From: a virus
Lineage: Duplodnaviria > Caudoviricetes
Reading direction: 5' to 3' (one strand)
DNA: 64,000 bases
Virus record (IMG/VR): IMGVR_UViG_2502957028_000003
Location: 3,810 to 67,809 of that record
In this document: piece after piece, positions 18,025-28,218 of the stretch
How the letters are laid out: each line of letters starts with the position of its first letter
Numbering within the stretch: position 1 is the stretch's first letter
Translations under genes and position numbers: made by a program
The notes under the pieces: model-generated
The model's input: only the letters and a program-made list of their open reading frames with translations
Told to the model about the DNA's origin: nothing
Databases searched by the model: none

Positions 18025-19659
18025 TTAGAACAGGCTGGCGATGCCGGAAAATTGGTTATTTTCTTCGTTCGCGTTCCCGGTGGAAACCCCGCCCGAATTA
18101 CTGGCCGTGGTGGTGGTTGTCCCGCCGTAAACCGTCCCGTTCGTCGTGTAATCGTTATAGGCGTTCAGGAATTCCAGCGCCTGCTTTTGTTCGTTGATAT
18201 TTGAGCCGCCAAGGTTGTAGCCCTTCACGGCGTCGTACAACCCGGACAGCCCGGAATCCTCACTGATGTTCAGGCCAAGGTCGCCGATGGTTCCACTTCC
18301 GCCGAGAGCGCCGTAGAAGTAGCTGCGGATTGCGTTACGGATGTCTCTCTCAACGTTATCCTTCTCCCGGTCTGCGGTGCTGTTATCCGAAATCGTCCAC
18401 TGCGGGCCGGAGCCGCCAAACTCGGTGTAGTTGTTCGCAAGACTGGCCGTAACCGCGTCCCGCACTCCGGGGGCCGCCTGGAACAGTGCGTCCAGATATT
18501 TGGTGTTGAATTTATTAACCTGGCTGATTTCGTCGCCGATAGAGTCCTTGACCCAATCAATATCCGAAAAGCCTGACAGCATGCCGCTCGGGTAAGTAAA
18601 GCTGCCTGTTTCCGGGTTGTACGTGTAAGCCGTTTCACGGACATTGTAATACTGGGTCGGGTCGCCTTGAATAGCGTCGTAAACGGATTCGCCGATGCCG
18701 TACAGCCCGCCGCCTATTGCGCCAGCAAGGCCGAGCACAGGCCCTCCGAGCGTCCACCCAAGGCCGCCTATTTCAGCGGCCCTGCCAAGAACGTTGGCTA
18801 CAGGCTGGAAAGATGTCCCAAGGTGTTCTTCAGCCCAATCCGTGTAATCGTGGTGCCTTGCAATTCCATAAGCCCCTGCAAGTCCGGGGGCGAGTTTCAG
18901 CGCGGTTGAACCGAGAGAAGACGATGTTCCGCCAGCCGCCCCGGCTGCTTCCGCGCCTGCCGCTTCGGACGCAGCTATCCCTGCCGAAATATCCGCAGCG
19001 GGTGCAGCGGCCAGCGCACCAGTGGCCTCTGTGGCTCCGGCCGCACCAAGAGCGCCAACGCCAGCGGTCGCCCCTGCCGCTTCCGTAGCCGGGATAACCA
19101 GCGTTGGGACTTCCGCCATTGCGGTCGCTCCTGCGAGTCCTGTTGTCCCTGCTGCTCCGGCTCCCATTCCGGCCGCATCTGCAACAATTGCCTCCATGAG
19201 CGCGGGGGTAGCTGTTTCAAAGGCGGTGCCAGCCCCAACCAGACCGATTTCAGACGCAGTGGCCCCTCCAAGACCAAGGGCGCTCATAGCAGGGGTGACA
19301 ACGTATTTCCCGAGTGCACCGGCAACCTTCCCGCCAGTTAGCTTGTCCAGGGCCATCGCACCCGAAATACCTGTGCCAATGCCGGAAAGCATGGTGTTGG
19401 TTTTCGCTTGGCTTTCTGCCAGTTCGTTGGCGTCCTTCTGCAACGCCGTTTGGGCTCCGTAATAATCCTTTGTCGCTTCAAGTTCTTTTTGGGCGTTGGC
19501 AAGATTCTTATTTGCGATGTCAAGTTGCGCGTTCTGGTACTTCGTGGCGTCTTCAATCTGCTTGGCAGTAATCAGATAGGGGGCCTGAGCATTGATTGAC
19601 GAAAGGCGCGTTGACGGATTTGAGCGGCCTGTCAGGGCGTATGATTGTCCAAGCGGCAT
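18025..19659 (-). CDS. Probable ejection protein, Gly/Ala-rich with hydrophobic segments
   Basis: AAAGGAGG RBS before 19659; long Gly/Ala apolar stretches. Confidence 0.65.
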   Translation of the reverse strand: MPLGQSYALTGRSNPSTRLSSINAQAPYLITAKQIEDATKYQNAQLDIANKNLANAQKELEATKDYYGAQTALQKDANELAESQAKTNTMLSGIGTGISGAMALDKLTGGKVAGALGKYVVTPAMSALGLGGATASEIGLVGAGTAFETATPALMEAIVADAAGMGAGAAGTTGLAGATAMAEVPTLVIPATEAAGATAGVGALGAAGATEATGALAAAPAADISAGIAASEAAGAEAAGAAGGTSSSLGSTALKLAPGLAGAYGIARHHDYTDWAEEHLGTSFQPVANVLGRAAEIGGLGWTLGGPVLGLAGAIGGGLYGIGESVYDAIQGDPTQYYNVRETAYTYNPETGSFTYPSGMLSGFSDIDWVKDSIGDEISQVNKFNTKYLDALFQAAPGVRDAVTASLANNYTEFGGSGPQWTISDNSTADREKDNVERDIRNAIRSYFYGALGGSGTIGDLGLNISEDSGLSGLYDAVKGYNLGGSNINEQKQALEFLNAYNDYTTNGTVYGGTTTTTASNSGGVSTGNANEENNQFSGIASLF

Positions 19660-19700
19660 GGGGGGATGCCTCCTTTGGCGGGATGTTTCAGGTGGGATTT

Positions 19701-20285
19701 TTATCTGCCGCCGAGAACCGGCATGGTTAGGGGGCTTAATTGGTTCTGCGCCGGGAGAGATCCCGTGTTCTGTGTGAGCCATTCGGCCATTTTTGCGGTT
19801 GCGGCAAGGTTGGCATTCTTGGTTTGCCTTGCTGTCTCTATGATGCCACTGAAAATCTTGTCCATCCGCTGCGCCGACTTGTACGAATTCCAGCCGTTCA
19901 CAGCGTCCACGGCCAAACCAACGCCGCCCAAGGCAGAAAGCGTCCTTCCCTGCTTGCGGTTGGCGTCCAGGGTGGCCCTGGCGTTGGCTATTTCCTGTTC
20001 GCGCATTTGCTGGCGCAGGCCCATGCGTTGAGTCTCAAGCGCAAGCTGTCCCTCGCTGAGCCCAAGCCGCCTGTCGCGGATAGCGTTTTCATCGCCCATA
20101 AGCTTGGCTTCTACGGCCTTAGCCATTTCGGCGCCAGCATACTTCTGGGCGATATCCGCGTAGCTGGCCTGGGTGCCGCCAGGAACGCCCATGTTGGCGT
20201 TGCCAAGGGCGCCCGAACGACGGGCCATTTCACGCTGCATCTGGATTCCAGCCGGTGAGGCCGGGTTGATAAAGGCTCCATTCAT
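19701..20285 (-). CDS. Probable small ejection protein
   Basis: Gly/Ala hydrophobic patch; coupled to nozzle gene. Confidence 0.6.
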   Translation of the reverse strand: MNGAFINPASPAGIQMQREMARRSGALGNANMGVPGGTQASYADIAQKYAGAEMAKAVEAKLMGDENAIRDRRLGLSEGQLALETQRMGLRQQMREQEIANARATLDANRKQGRTLSALGGVGLAVDAVNGWNSYKSAQRMDKIFSGIIETARQTKNANLAATAKMAEWLTQNTGSLPAQNQLSPLTMPVLGGR

Positions 20286-23200
20286 TATTGCGTATCCTCT
20301 CTCACGAATCTGGTCTGCAAGCCGAAGCCAAGCGGCTGCCAGCCCTTTTCGGTTTCTGAGGTTGATGTTTCAAATTTGAGGCGATGAGTCCAACAAGGGG
20401 TTTTGTTCTCGTTTTGGGTGTCGCGGGTTATGCGATCCGTTCCGGTGTTCAGGCTCCACGCTCCAAGGCTTGAGCCCGTGGCCGATGTATTGCTGTAATG
20501 TGTCACGGTCACATTGGCTGTCTCCGTGATATCCTTGGAGAATAACTTCACCTTGTCCAGGGCGCTCAAAAACCAAAGGTCGCCGCCTGTCAGGTCAAAG
20601 TCCCCGGTTTCCACCACCTGATTAATGGCCGTCCCGTCCCATGTCGTGCCGTTTTCTAGGCGCAGCACGTATCCGTCAGCAGTCCCGGCGTAAACGTAGG
20701 GCGTCCCGCTCGCGTCCTGCACGGTGAATGCAGCAGTCGGGTAGGTGGTCGGAACCTTCTCAAACCACTTGTTCCGGGAAAAATCATAGACCAGCCATGC
20801 GTTATTGGATGTCTGGCCGTCGCCGGACGGGAATGTCAGGTTGTATTCCTTGTGGGTGCGGTCGTACCAGCCCCTTGCGGTGGAAATAAAATCGAAGTTG
20901 ATGCAATCGTCGTCGTCTGGGTCAAAATAATTGTCAACGCCGGGGATTCCAACAATGGTAGCCCCGTCAAATACCTTGGGGCCGGAAGCGGAGAGCCACA
21001 CAATAACCTTGCGTTTCAAACTCTCGCTGTCGGAAGCCCCGGCGTCAACAGCCGCTATGGTAAGCGGCGCAGGGCAACCCACGTCTTCTGAAACCGGAAA
21101 AACCTGGAAGTCTTCCGGGGTGGAGCCGGAAAGCTGGTAAACGCCCGACTCCGTAAAAAGGACTTCCGTGGTATAGAAGTTTGATCCGTAGCGGTTGTAA
21201 AGGGACGCGGCCCCGGTTAGGTCGCCTGTCCCTGGGATGTAGATGGATTGCAAGCCGTCATACGAGGATGTGATGCCGTTCCAGCTATCAGGCGCGTTAT
21301 CGGTGCAATAGTCAATCCTTTGCCCTTCGCCCGAGCCAACATTATTGGCAAGGAAGAGTTTGTTCTTGTAAATGAACGGGAATTTAAAAGCACCGATTTC
21401 CACCTGGGCCGGAATGCCGGTGATATGGTCAAGTGTAGCCGTAGCGTCAATGGTTTCTGACCAGACAATCTTGTATGCGTAGCCGGGTATATCGAATAGC
21501 GCCTGGGGGATCTCTTTAGAAATGTCGGGCGGCGTCCACGTCACAAGGCCGGACGTTCCAAGCGTCTGCCATGTCGTTGCGTCATCCGGTATCGTCCCGT
21601 CGTTCAGGCTGCTAACCGGTTGCCAGCCAGTTTCACCGTGATAGTACACAGTCAACGGGCAAGCCGCGCTATTCGCGCCTTCTGGTGTGGCCTTCATATG
21701 GAACGCCGTCATTCTCTCTTCAAAGATTACAATGGCGTAATCACTTGCCCCGAAACCGCCAATCTCGGCTCCAATCTCGTAGCCTTCGTAAGAGTCCTGG
21801 TTGACGTGCAGAACGTAATCCGTATACGAGCCTACGCTTGCGTCATAAACCTGAAATCCAACGCATTGACGGTAAAGCCCGTCCCAAATGTCCTTAATTT
21901 TCTGAAACGGCGCATCAACAGTCACCCGGTAAATGTTTGCGCTTGAGCCGGATGTGATATTGAACAGGTAGGCGTAACAGAGATATCCCTCAAACCAGAG
22001 CGGCCTTGCAACGTCAACCGTGCTGTCAAACGTCATGCTCCCGGTTTGGGCCAATGAGACGCCGCCAGACGCCGTACCGTCCGTTATTTCCAGGGCCTCC
22101 ATGGATGAGCCGTTCCAGACCCATCCTGCGGTCGTACTCGCAGTTGAATTCGGCTCTGAGACGTAGTATTTGACGCCTTGAATCGGTCTCCTGGTCATAA
22201 CCAGCCATGAGTTATTGGTAGTGGAAACGCTGTTCGCCTGCGGGGAGAACGTGGACGTCCAAAGGGCCTTTCCCTTGGTAATACGAAAGTCGTCTATGTT
22301 GCCTGAAAACGTATTGGAGCCGTTGTTTGCCCCAACAACAAAGTCGGCGGATAAGTTCGGGTAGTCTGCAGAATTCGACACCACATAAACAGCCACACCG
22401 TCAATTGTCATGGCCCATGCGTCATCATCACCACCCCATCCACGGATCAAGGCTATGTGATACCACTGATTGTAATTAAGCTCTTCGTAGATGTAAGCAA
22501 CTATACTTATCCCTGCTCCTGCTATTTCAAGGCGAAACCTGTCTGTGTTCTGCGTGTAGTACAAACGCATGTAATTGCTACTGTCCTGGTACTGGCTGAA
22601 CAGGGAGTGGTTATATCCTACATAGTTGACCTTTGAGAGCTTAAACCAACCGTCGATGGTGAACCTGCCGGAATCAAAATCCACATCATCCGTGTCAATC
22701 ATGGAAATGTAATCACCGTTTCCATCCAGCTTCAAAGAGCCAGTTCCATATCTAGATGAAGCGGTGCTTATTTTAGCGTTGCCTGTGGCTGTATAGCTTT
22801 GGCTTGCTGACGAAGAATCTGTGAATGTCGTTGATCCGTCCGAACCTTCGAATTCAAGAAAGGTCTTGCAGCTTGAATCGTCAGCCGTGGATAGGCCGAT
22901 AGGGGCCACATTTCCGTTCGAGGATAGTTTGTTATTGACCGCAACGGAATAAATAAGCGGATTCTCGTATCCGCCAGTTGACACGCAGGCAGTCAGGGTT
23001 GCAGTGCCTGCCCCGGCCCCTTCGTCGGTTACGAGGTTTTCCAGGATGTTCAGAACGTTGTTTGTGCCGCCGTCGCTGGTTATGCTTTCAATGGTGAAGG
23101 TCTTGTTATTGCTTGACGTCCCGCCAACTTCGATTCTCTGCCCCGGCCTGAATCCTGCGTCAAACCAGTTGATCGAGCCGTCCTTGATGGTGTCCGTTGA

Positions 23201-24391
23201 TGCCGTGAAGGTAAGAGCCGCACCGTCCTGGACAATCTGGTTCAGCGTCCAGAATCCGGCCACTGGCATTTCGTCGCCGTGCCAGATGCAGCACTCCGCG
23301 CCGTTGCAGTAGGCTATGCCGTTATCGGGAGTGGGGCAGAAGCGGCCGTCTAAACCATCGTCGGCTCCATACCACAAAACGGTGCTCGTGAAATCTCCTG
23401 ACTCAGGGATTGCGGTATTGTTTCTGTAGAGCCTCGAATTCCCTTGTCCAACCTGGGCTATAAAACATGTGTCGCTGGCGTCAACAAGTTGGATGCCGTT
23501 GGTTACTTCACCGCAAGTGCTGAAATTCCTAATATATCCATCAAATGATGCATGTCCCGACACAGCGTCTTCCTGGAATGCAATTAGATAGGGCCTACTT
23601 TCTTCGGAGAAATTAAACAGGTCGTATGCGTAGATTGTTTCAAGTGGTTCGGATAAATCATTTTCGGCGTAAATATCCATGTAAACAACGCCGTAAACGT
23701 GCTGTGGGTCGCCCGTGAAATCATTATAGTCAGGATGCTCGTCTTCATATCTTATACGGCATGTATAATATGCGTCTTCACTATAGGAACCAGAGGTCTC
23801 CATGTTATAAACTGCCGAGTTGTTGCTTTCTGCGTAGATGCCAAAAATAACTGTTCCGGATAGCTCGGATGTTATGGCTGCCCTGTAATTATTTCTCGAC
23901 CCGCCTACAAATTCGCTTATTCCCCAAAAATTAATTGTGCCATATCCACCGCCGCTTGTGGATTTTACGTCAATCTGGTACTCAGTGCTGCCTTCAAAAA
24001 AACCCCCGCTATACGGGGCATACAAATAAACAGGCGTCGCATGTTGCGGGTTGCTTATGGAAATTAAGGTGCTACTATCAACCGAAATCTTGGAAAAATC
24101 GTCGTCCTCGGTAAACTTCTCAAGGTCGAGACTGTTAAGTAGCGCCGTGCTATTAACCTTCGTATACCCCGCCACCCCCTCCAACCCCACATCATTGTAC
24201 CGCATATTCTCAAGGCGGGTGTAGCCGTCAATCCCAATAGCCAGAGGGTCGTCGCCGGGACGGAATGCGCCGTTAAAGCCGAACGTCTTGTTGACGACCT
24301 GACCGTGCGAAAGCGGCTGGCCCTGCTGCGCCGCCCCGGCAATGCCAAGGCAAAGCAGCGCGAAGGCGATAATAAAATAGCGGATCTTCAT
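20285..24391 (-). CDS. Tail nozzle/stabilisation protein (P22 gp10-like) with inserted LamG-like domain and Sec signal peptide
   Basis: Beta-propeller-like C-terminal half (DVGCPAPLTI, WLVYDF); GTGSLKLDGNGDY...FTIDGW LamG motif; MKIRYFIIAFALLCLGIAGA leader. Confidence 0.75.
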   Translation of the reverse strand: MKIRYFIIAFALLCLGIAGAAQQGQPLSHGQVVNKTFGFNGAFRPGDDPLAIGIDGYTRLENMRYNDVGLEGVAGYTKVNSTALLNSLDLEKFTEDDDFSKISVDSSTLISISNPQHATPVYLYAPYSGGFFEGSTEYQIDVKSTSGGGYGTINFWGISEFVGGSRNNYRAAITSELSGTVIFGIYAESNNSAVYNMETSGSYSEDAYYTCRIRYEDEHPDYNDFTGDPQHVYGVVYMDIYAENDLSEPLETIYAYDLFNFSEESRPYLIAFQEDAVSGHASFDGYIRNFSTCGEVTNGIQLVDASDTCFIAQVGQGNSRLYRNNTAIPESGDFTSTVLWYGADDGLDGRFCPTPDNGIAYCNGAECCIWHGDEMPVAGFWTLNQIVQDGAALTFTASTDTIKDGSINWFDAGFRPGQRIEVGGTSSNNKTFTIESITSDGGTNNVLNILENLVTDEGAGAGTATLTACVSTGGYENPLIYSVAVNNKLSSNGNVAPIGLSTADDSSCKTFLEFEGSDGSTTFTDSSSASQSYTATGNAKISTASSRYGTGSLKLDGNGDYISMIDTDDVDFDSGRFTIDGWFKLSKVNYVGYNHSLFSQYQDSSNYMRLYYTQNTDRFRLEIAGAGISIVAYIYEELNYNQWYHIALIRGWGGDDDAWAMTIDGVAVYVVSNSADYPNLSADFVVGANNGSNTFSGNIDDFRITKGKALWTSTFSPQANSVSTTNNSWLVMTRRPIQGVKYYVSEPNSTASTTAGWVWNGSSMEALEITDGTASGGVSLAQTGSMTFDSTVDVARPLWFEGYLCYAYLFNITSGSSANIYRVTVDAPFQKIKDIWDGLYRQCVGFQVYDASVGSYTDYVLHVNQDSYEGYEIGAEIGGFGASDYAIVIFEERMTAFHMKATPEGANSAACPLTVYYHGETGWQPVSSLNDGTIPDDATTWQTLGTSGLVTWTPPDISKEIPQALFDIPGYAYKIVWSETIDATATLDHITGIPAQVEIGAFKFPFIYKNKLFLANNVGSGEGQRIDYCTDNAPDSWNGITSSYDGLQSIYIPGTGDLTGAASLYNRYGSNFYTTEVLFTESGVYQLSGSTPEDFQVFPVSEDVGCPAPLTIAAVDAGASDSESLKRKVIVWLSASGPKVFDGATIVGIPGVDNYFDPDDDDCINFDFISTARGWYDRTHKEYNLTFPSGDGQTSNNAWLVYDFSRNKWFEKVPTTYPTAAFTVQDASGTPYVYAGTADGYVLRLENGTTWDGTAINQVVETGDFDLTGGDLWFLSALDKVKLFSKDITETANVTVTHYSNTSATGSSLGAWSLNTGTDRITRDTQNENKTPCWTHRLKFETSTSETEKGWQPLGFGLQTRFVREDTQ

Positions 24392-24400
24392 ATTTTACCT

Positions 24401-25093
24401 TTACTGAGCGGCGGGTTGGAGGGGCTTGCGGATTTGGAGGGTGTAGCGGGAGATTACTTGCTCAAAGGACTGCCTGAAAATCATGGCCCGCTCAATCTGG
24501 TTGGCCTTTTTCCAGAACTTGTAACAACACCAATCCAGGAGGGCCTTGTCAAAGTAGTACGGAGTCTCGATTGTTGAGGATGTTGCGGAAACGCCCGTGG
24601 GCTTCCCGGCCAAAAACAGGGTGACGGTGGTGTCGGCAACACTTGAATCGGGGATAGGCCAAAGGTAGACGTAGTTAGCCCACTCAAAGAAATATTGGGG
24701 GCGGCCCGTCTCACGGTTGAATTTCTCCGGGTCGTTGGGCGAAACAGGCGCAAGAAAGTAAAACCGCCTGCTGCTGGAAGACCCGTTGTCATACATGGCC
24801 GAAAGGATGTCGTAATGGCTGGTTGTGACGGAATAGCTTTGCGTATTCGCCGCCAGGGTCACTGTCTGTGTCAGTTCCAGGCACCCGGACATTTCCGCGA
24901 CCATGTTCACGGCCTCGTTAATCCACCTGACCGCCTCGGCGTCGGAAAACAGGGTGCCGGATTCGTCGTTCAACTCCTGTTCAATCCGGTCAATGATGGT
25001 CTGCGCCGTAATGCCGGACGTCGCCGTGGTCCCGGCGTATGACGAAACCACGAGCAACAGGGTAAAAATTACTGCGTAAGTCAGTTTTTTCAT
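24401..25093 (-). CDS. Head-tail adaptor-like protein with Sec signal peptide
   Basis: TAQTIIDR...WINEA...GRPQYF...LWPIPD adaptor pattern behind a MKKLTYAVIFTLLLVVSSYA leader. Confidence 0.75.
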   Translation of the reverse strand: MKKLTYAVIFTLLLVVSSYAGTTATSGITAQTIIDRIEQELNDESGTLFSDAEAVRWINEAVNMVAEMSGCLELTQTVTLAANTQSYSVTTSHYDILSAMYDNGSSSSRRFYFLAPVSPNDPEKFNRETGRPQYFFEWANYVYLWPIPDSSVADTTVTLFLAGKPTGVSATSSTIETPYYFDKALLDWCCYKFWKKANQIERAMIFRQSFEQVISRYTLQIRKPLQPAAQ

Positions 25094-25094
25094 A

Positions 25095-25739
25095 TCAAAA
25101 ATCGCCCCTTCGTCTTTTCACGTAGCCCCTTGCTATAGCCCGTGAGCGCACGGCGTCAGTAAACATCTTGTTAATTTCGTAATCAGCCCTTGTCAGGACG
25201 CCAGCCATCTTCCCATCATCCGCAACAGAGGAATTTTTTGCCTTCACCAAAATGACGACAGACGACCTCAGTTCATCGTTAAACTGGTCGTCGTATGGCA
25301 TGTTGTCGGTAAGTTCCAGGTCGGCTGAATACTGCTTGTAGTGGGCTTTCAGGGTGTAGTCCTGGTCGGCTGTCCGGTCGAAAATCAGGTTTGTTCCTGC
25401 GTGCGCCCAATAATACGGAGAACCCGTGCTGGTCCCGTTCAGTCTTTGGCGTTGGCGAATAAAGTCTGGGGTTTTCTTTGTCAGTCTGTTCGCACTGTTC
25501 CAGACCTCTTTGACCACCATGCAGCGGGTAGGAACGGAAGCGGTTGTCCCGTCTTCCGACAGAGTGATATCCGCGTCCGCCTCAACCCAATCACTACCAA
25601 GGCTGGCAAGGGCGCTGTCAAGCACCCTTACCGCCCTGTTTAGGTAGTCAAGCAACTGATAATCCTGCCAATCCTGCGAAATGCCGCCGGGTAGGTCACG
25701 GAGGGCGGAATCAATTATTTGACTTGCCGTGTAGGCCAT
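25095..25739 (-). CDS. Head-tail adaptor-like protein (no signal peptide)
   Basis: TASQIIDSA...YLNRAV...GSPYYW adaptor pattern. Confidence 0.75.
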   Translation of the reverse strand: MAYTASQIIDSALRDLPGGISQDWQDYQLLDYLNRAVRVLDSALASLGSDWVEADADITLSEDGTTASVPTRCMVVKEVWNSANRLTKKTPDFIRQRQRLNGTSTGSPYYWAHAGTNLIFDRTADQDYTLKAHYKQYSADLELTDNMPYDDQFNDELRSSVVILVKAKNSSVADDGKMAGVLTRADYEINKMFTDAVRSRAIARGYVKRRRGDF

Positions 25740-26470
25740 TAGTTTTTCCTGTAAAGCCAGATAGTAATGGAGTGAACGGCGATTGTGTCGGAAGCGTGGC
25801 CCGATGTAATGTCCAGCCCAATGCTCACCGGTTCGCTAAAATCAGTGGTCTGCGCCGTGTGGTCTGCGTCACCGTCTGCGGCTGCGGAGGATTTCAGGAA
25901 TCCGTAAACCTCCTGATTCGCAAAGTTGGTGTGCTCACAAATTGTGAACTCGGCCGTGAAGTCGCCAGCCCCAGCGGCCTTGTCAAGCTGACAGGCTGCG
26001 GTAGTGCCGAACATGAGTTGAAGTTGCGTCGCTGCGTTCGCCCCGGTGACAGTACCCGAAACTTCAATCTTGAGAACGTCGCCAGCGGCAAAAGCGGAAT
26101 TACTGGTGGTCAGGGTATAGGTGCTTTGGGTTGAGTTTACGGCCGAATACCAGGCCTCGCAGGAGTTGACCAGCAAAACGCCCATGCCGCCAGCGGACCA
26201 GCCTGAAAGGGTGGTCGCGCCGCTATCTGCGGTCAATGAGCCTGTGTAATCAAGGTTTCCGGTTAGGGTGGCGTTGCCGGTAATGCCAGTGGCCCCGGTG
26301 ATTGTGACTGCGCCAGTGACATTAATGGCGTCTTCGGTAATAGCTATGGCTCCGTTAATGCCGTTGACCGTTTTGGTGTTCAGGTGGTTGATAGTGTCCT
26401 TCGACCGGTACGCAAAAGAAAGCGTGGGCAAAAGGCACATGATGATAAGGATGGAAAAGATTTTTTTCAT
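25739..26470 (-). CDS. Virion-module protein with Sec signal peptide, Thr/Ser/Gly-rich
   Basis: GAGG RBS before ATG 26470, just after the upstream stop; MKKIFSILIIMCLLPTLSFA leader. Confidence 0.7.
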   Translation of the reverse strand: MKKIFSILIIMCLLPTLSFAYRSKDTINHLNTKTVNGINGAIAITEDAINVTGAVTITGATGITGNATLTGNLDYTGSLTADSGATTLSGWSAGGMGVLLVNSCEAWYSAVNSTQSTYTLTTSNSAFAAGDVLKIEVSGTVTGANAATQLQLMFGTTAACQLDKAAGAGDFTAEFTICEHTNFANQEVYGFLKSSAAADGDADHTAQTTDFSEPVSIGLDITSGHASDTIAVHSITIWLYRKN

Positions 26471-26480
26471 AGCGTCCTCG

Positions 26481-27467
26481 CTAAGTGGTTTCGTCTTGTT
26501 CGCCAATCATGATTCTTCTCTCAAGAGGCGAAACATCATTGAATCCGAGTATGGCTCCAAGTTGCCTTTCAGAGGCTCCATAGGCCGCCCTGACGGTCTG
26601 AATGTCCGACTGCATGCCTTCGGCTGCTTCCTGGGAAAGCCCGCTCACAATGCCTCTCACGCGGCCTAACTCACGCTTGATCTCGTCAATGTCGCCTTCG
26701 TGATATTTGACGGTTTCCGGGTAGAGCGGTTCGCCATTAGTGAATTCCTTGTATGTGGAGTCTCCGTGTGCGAACGCCCACTTGATCCATTTGCGGTGAA
26801 TGTGGTCCAATAGGTGGTCTGGTTGGCCTTGAAGAACGCGCTTAGGATCTTCAACGCGGTCCTCGATGTAGGTTTCCATTTCCCGGTTTTCATCGGTGAT
26901 AAACCACGAAACGGAAGGCCAGAACTTCATTTCGAACTCAGTGCATCCGCGTTTCAGCACTACAGGGATTTCGGGCGAAATATGTTCATTGACAGCGGCG
27001 CGGACGATTTCATAAATGTTGCGCCCTTCTTCCACGGAATTACCGTAAAAATAGCCGCCATAAAGGGCGTGGGTGTAATCCCGGACCTCAATGCCGCACT
27101 TGCTGGCAAGGCCAAGGCCCTTTTCAACTTCCAGAAGCAGGAACAACTCCTTGACGGTTCTCGGGTTAACAACAACCTTCCAGCATTCCATGCACCTGGA
27201 CGGGATAAACCCGAAGTGGTCAAAAATGATATGATGGTCAAGGTTACACCGCTTGTTGTGGGCGGATTTCACATGGTGCCACGGGGTAATCCACGCAACA
27301 CCCTTGGTCATGCGTTCAAACACGCCACGGTCATTGATGGTGTAGCCCATATTAAAAAGCGGCCTGAGTCGGCTTACGAGGTCGTTCTTGTCGAGTTTGG
27401 AGTAATAGCCTTTTTCGTGGTCTGTTTCAGGCCCCTTGAAATAATCTTCCCCTAAAAACATTGACAT
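26481..27467 (-). CDS. Cys-containing hypothetical protein in head module
   Basis: 328-aa ORF with GGAGG RBS; CMECWK, KCGIE, KRGCTEF motifs. Confidence 0.8.
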   Translation of the reverse strand: MSMFLGEDYFKGPETDHEKGYYSKLDKNDLVSRLRPLFNMGYTINDRGVFERMTKGVAWITPWHHVKSAHNKRCNLDHHIIFDHFGFIPSRCMECWKVVVNPRTVKELFLLLEVEKGLGLASKCGIEVRDYTHALYGGYFYGNSVEEGRNIYEIVRAAVNEHISPEIPVVLKRGCTEFEMKFWPSVSWFITDENREMETYIEDRVEDPKRVLQGQPDHLLDHIHRKWIKWAFAHGDSTYKEFTNGEPLYPETVKYHEGDIDEIKRELGRVRGIVSGLSQEAAEGMQSDIQTVRAAYGASERQLGAILGFNDVSPLERRIMIGEQDETT

Positions 27468-27520
27468 TTAATCCTCCCACTGGTGGGTTTGTTGGGGGCC
27501 GATGAAGGCCCCCGGTTGGT

Positions 27521-28165
27521 TTATTCGGGCAGGTGGTAGCACTCGGCCACAACGTCCATGACCCCGGTAAAAGCGCCATTGATGTTGCTGGTGCTGGAAC
27601 CCGTGGAGTCGGTGACGCCCATGGTCACAAAGCCGCCGTACTGGAATGTGTACGGAGCGGTGGCGGCGGTGGTATCGTCCACGGTCACATAGTCGGTGAA
27701 AGGGGTGCTTGCAGCCGCAGTCGGAGACAGGGTTGCAACCGCACCGGTCGCCTTGGTAATCGCCTCAACAGACATAAAGGTGTTGGCCGTGGTGACGGCG
27801 GAAGATGCGGATTGAGAGGCGGATTTGTAAACAATGGAACCCACGTCCATGGTAGCGGACTTTCCAGCGGAGGCGCCAAGGGCGGAACCACTCTTGTGGG
27901 CGTAGGCGTGGGTCGGGGCGGTCTTGCCGCGAACAGCATGAAACCGCAACTTGGTGATGGTGGTCCCTTTGGGAACCTTGAGAATTTTCAGGGTGTTGGC
28001 AACCGCGTCCGTAATGGTCGGAGCGATGGAGTTGGTGAAGTCGATTCTGTTGTGCAGAATAAAGGTCCCGCCATGAGTGGGCACGGAGTGCGGCTGGCAG
28101 GCCATGGGGTTTACCTTGCCGTTTGTGAGATCGTAAGTGGTCCCACTGGCATTATCAAAAGCCAT
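27521..28165 (-). CDS. Probable capsid decoration/cement protein
   Basis: Directly after MCP; Ala/Thr/Ser-rich, beta pattern. Confidence 0.6.
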   Translation of the reverse strand: MAFDNASGTTYDLTNGKVNPMACQPHSVPTHGGTFILHNRIDFTNSIAPTITDAVANTLKILKVPKGTTITKLRFHAVRGKTAPTHAYAHKSGSALGASAGKSATMDVGSIVYKSASQSASSAVTTANTFMSVEAITKATGAVATLSPTAAASTPFTDYVTVDDTTAATAPYTFQYGGFVTMGVTDSTGSSTSNINGAFTGVMDVVAECYHLPE

Positions 28166-28218
28166 GATATAGTCTCCTATTGAAAGAGAAATCTAACGCT
28201 CAGGAAGAGCGGGTTTGG

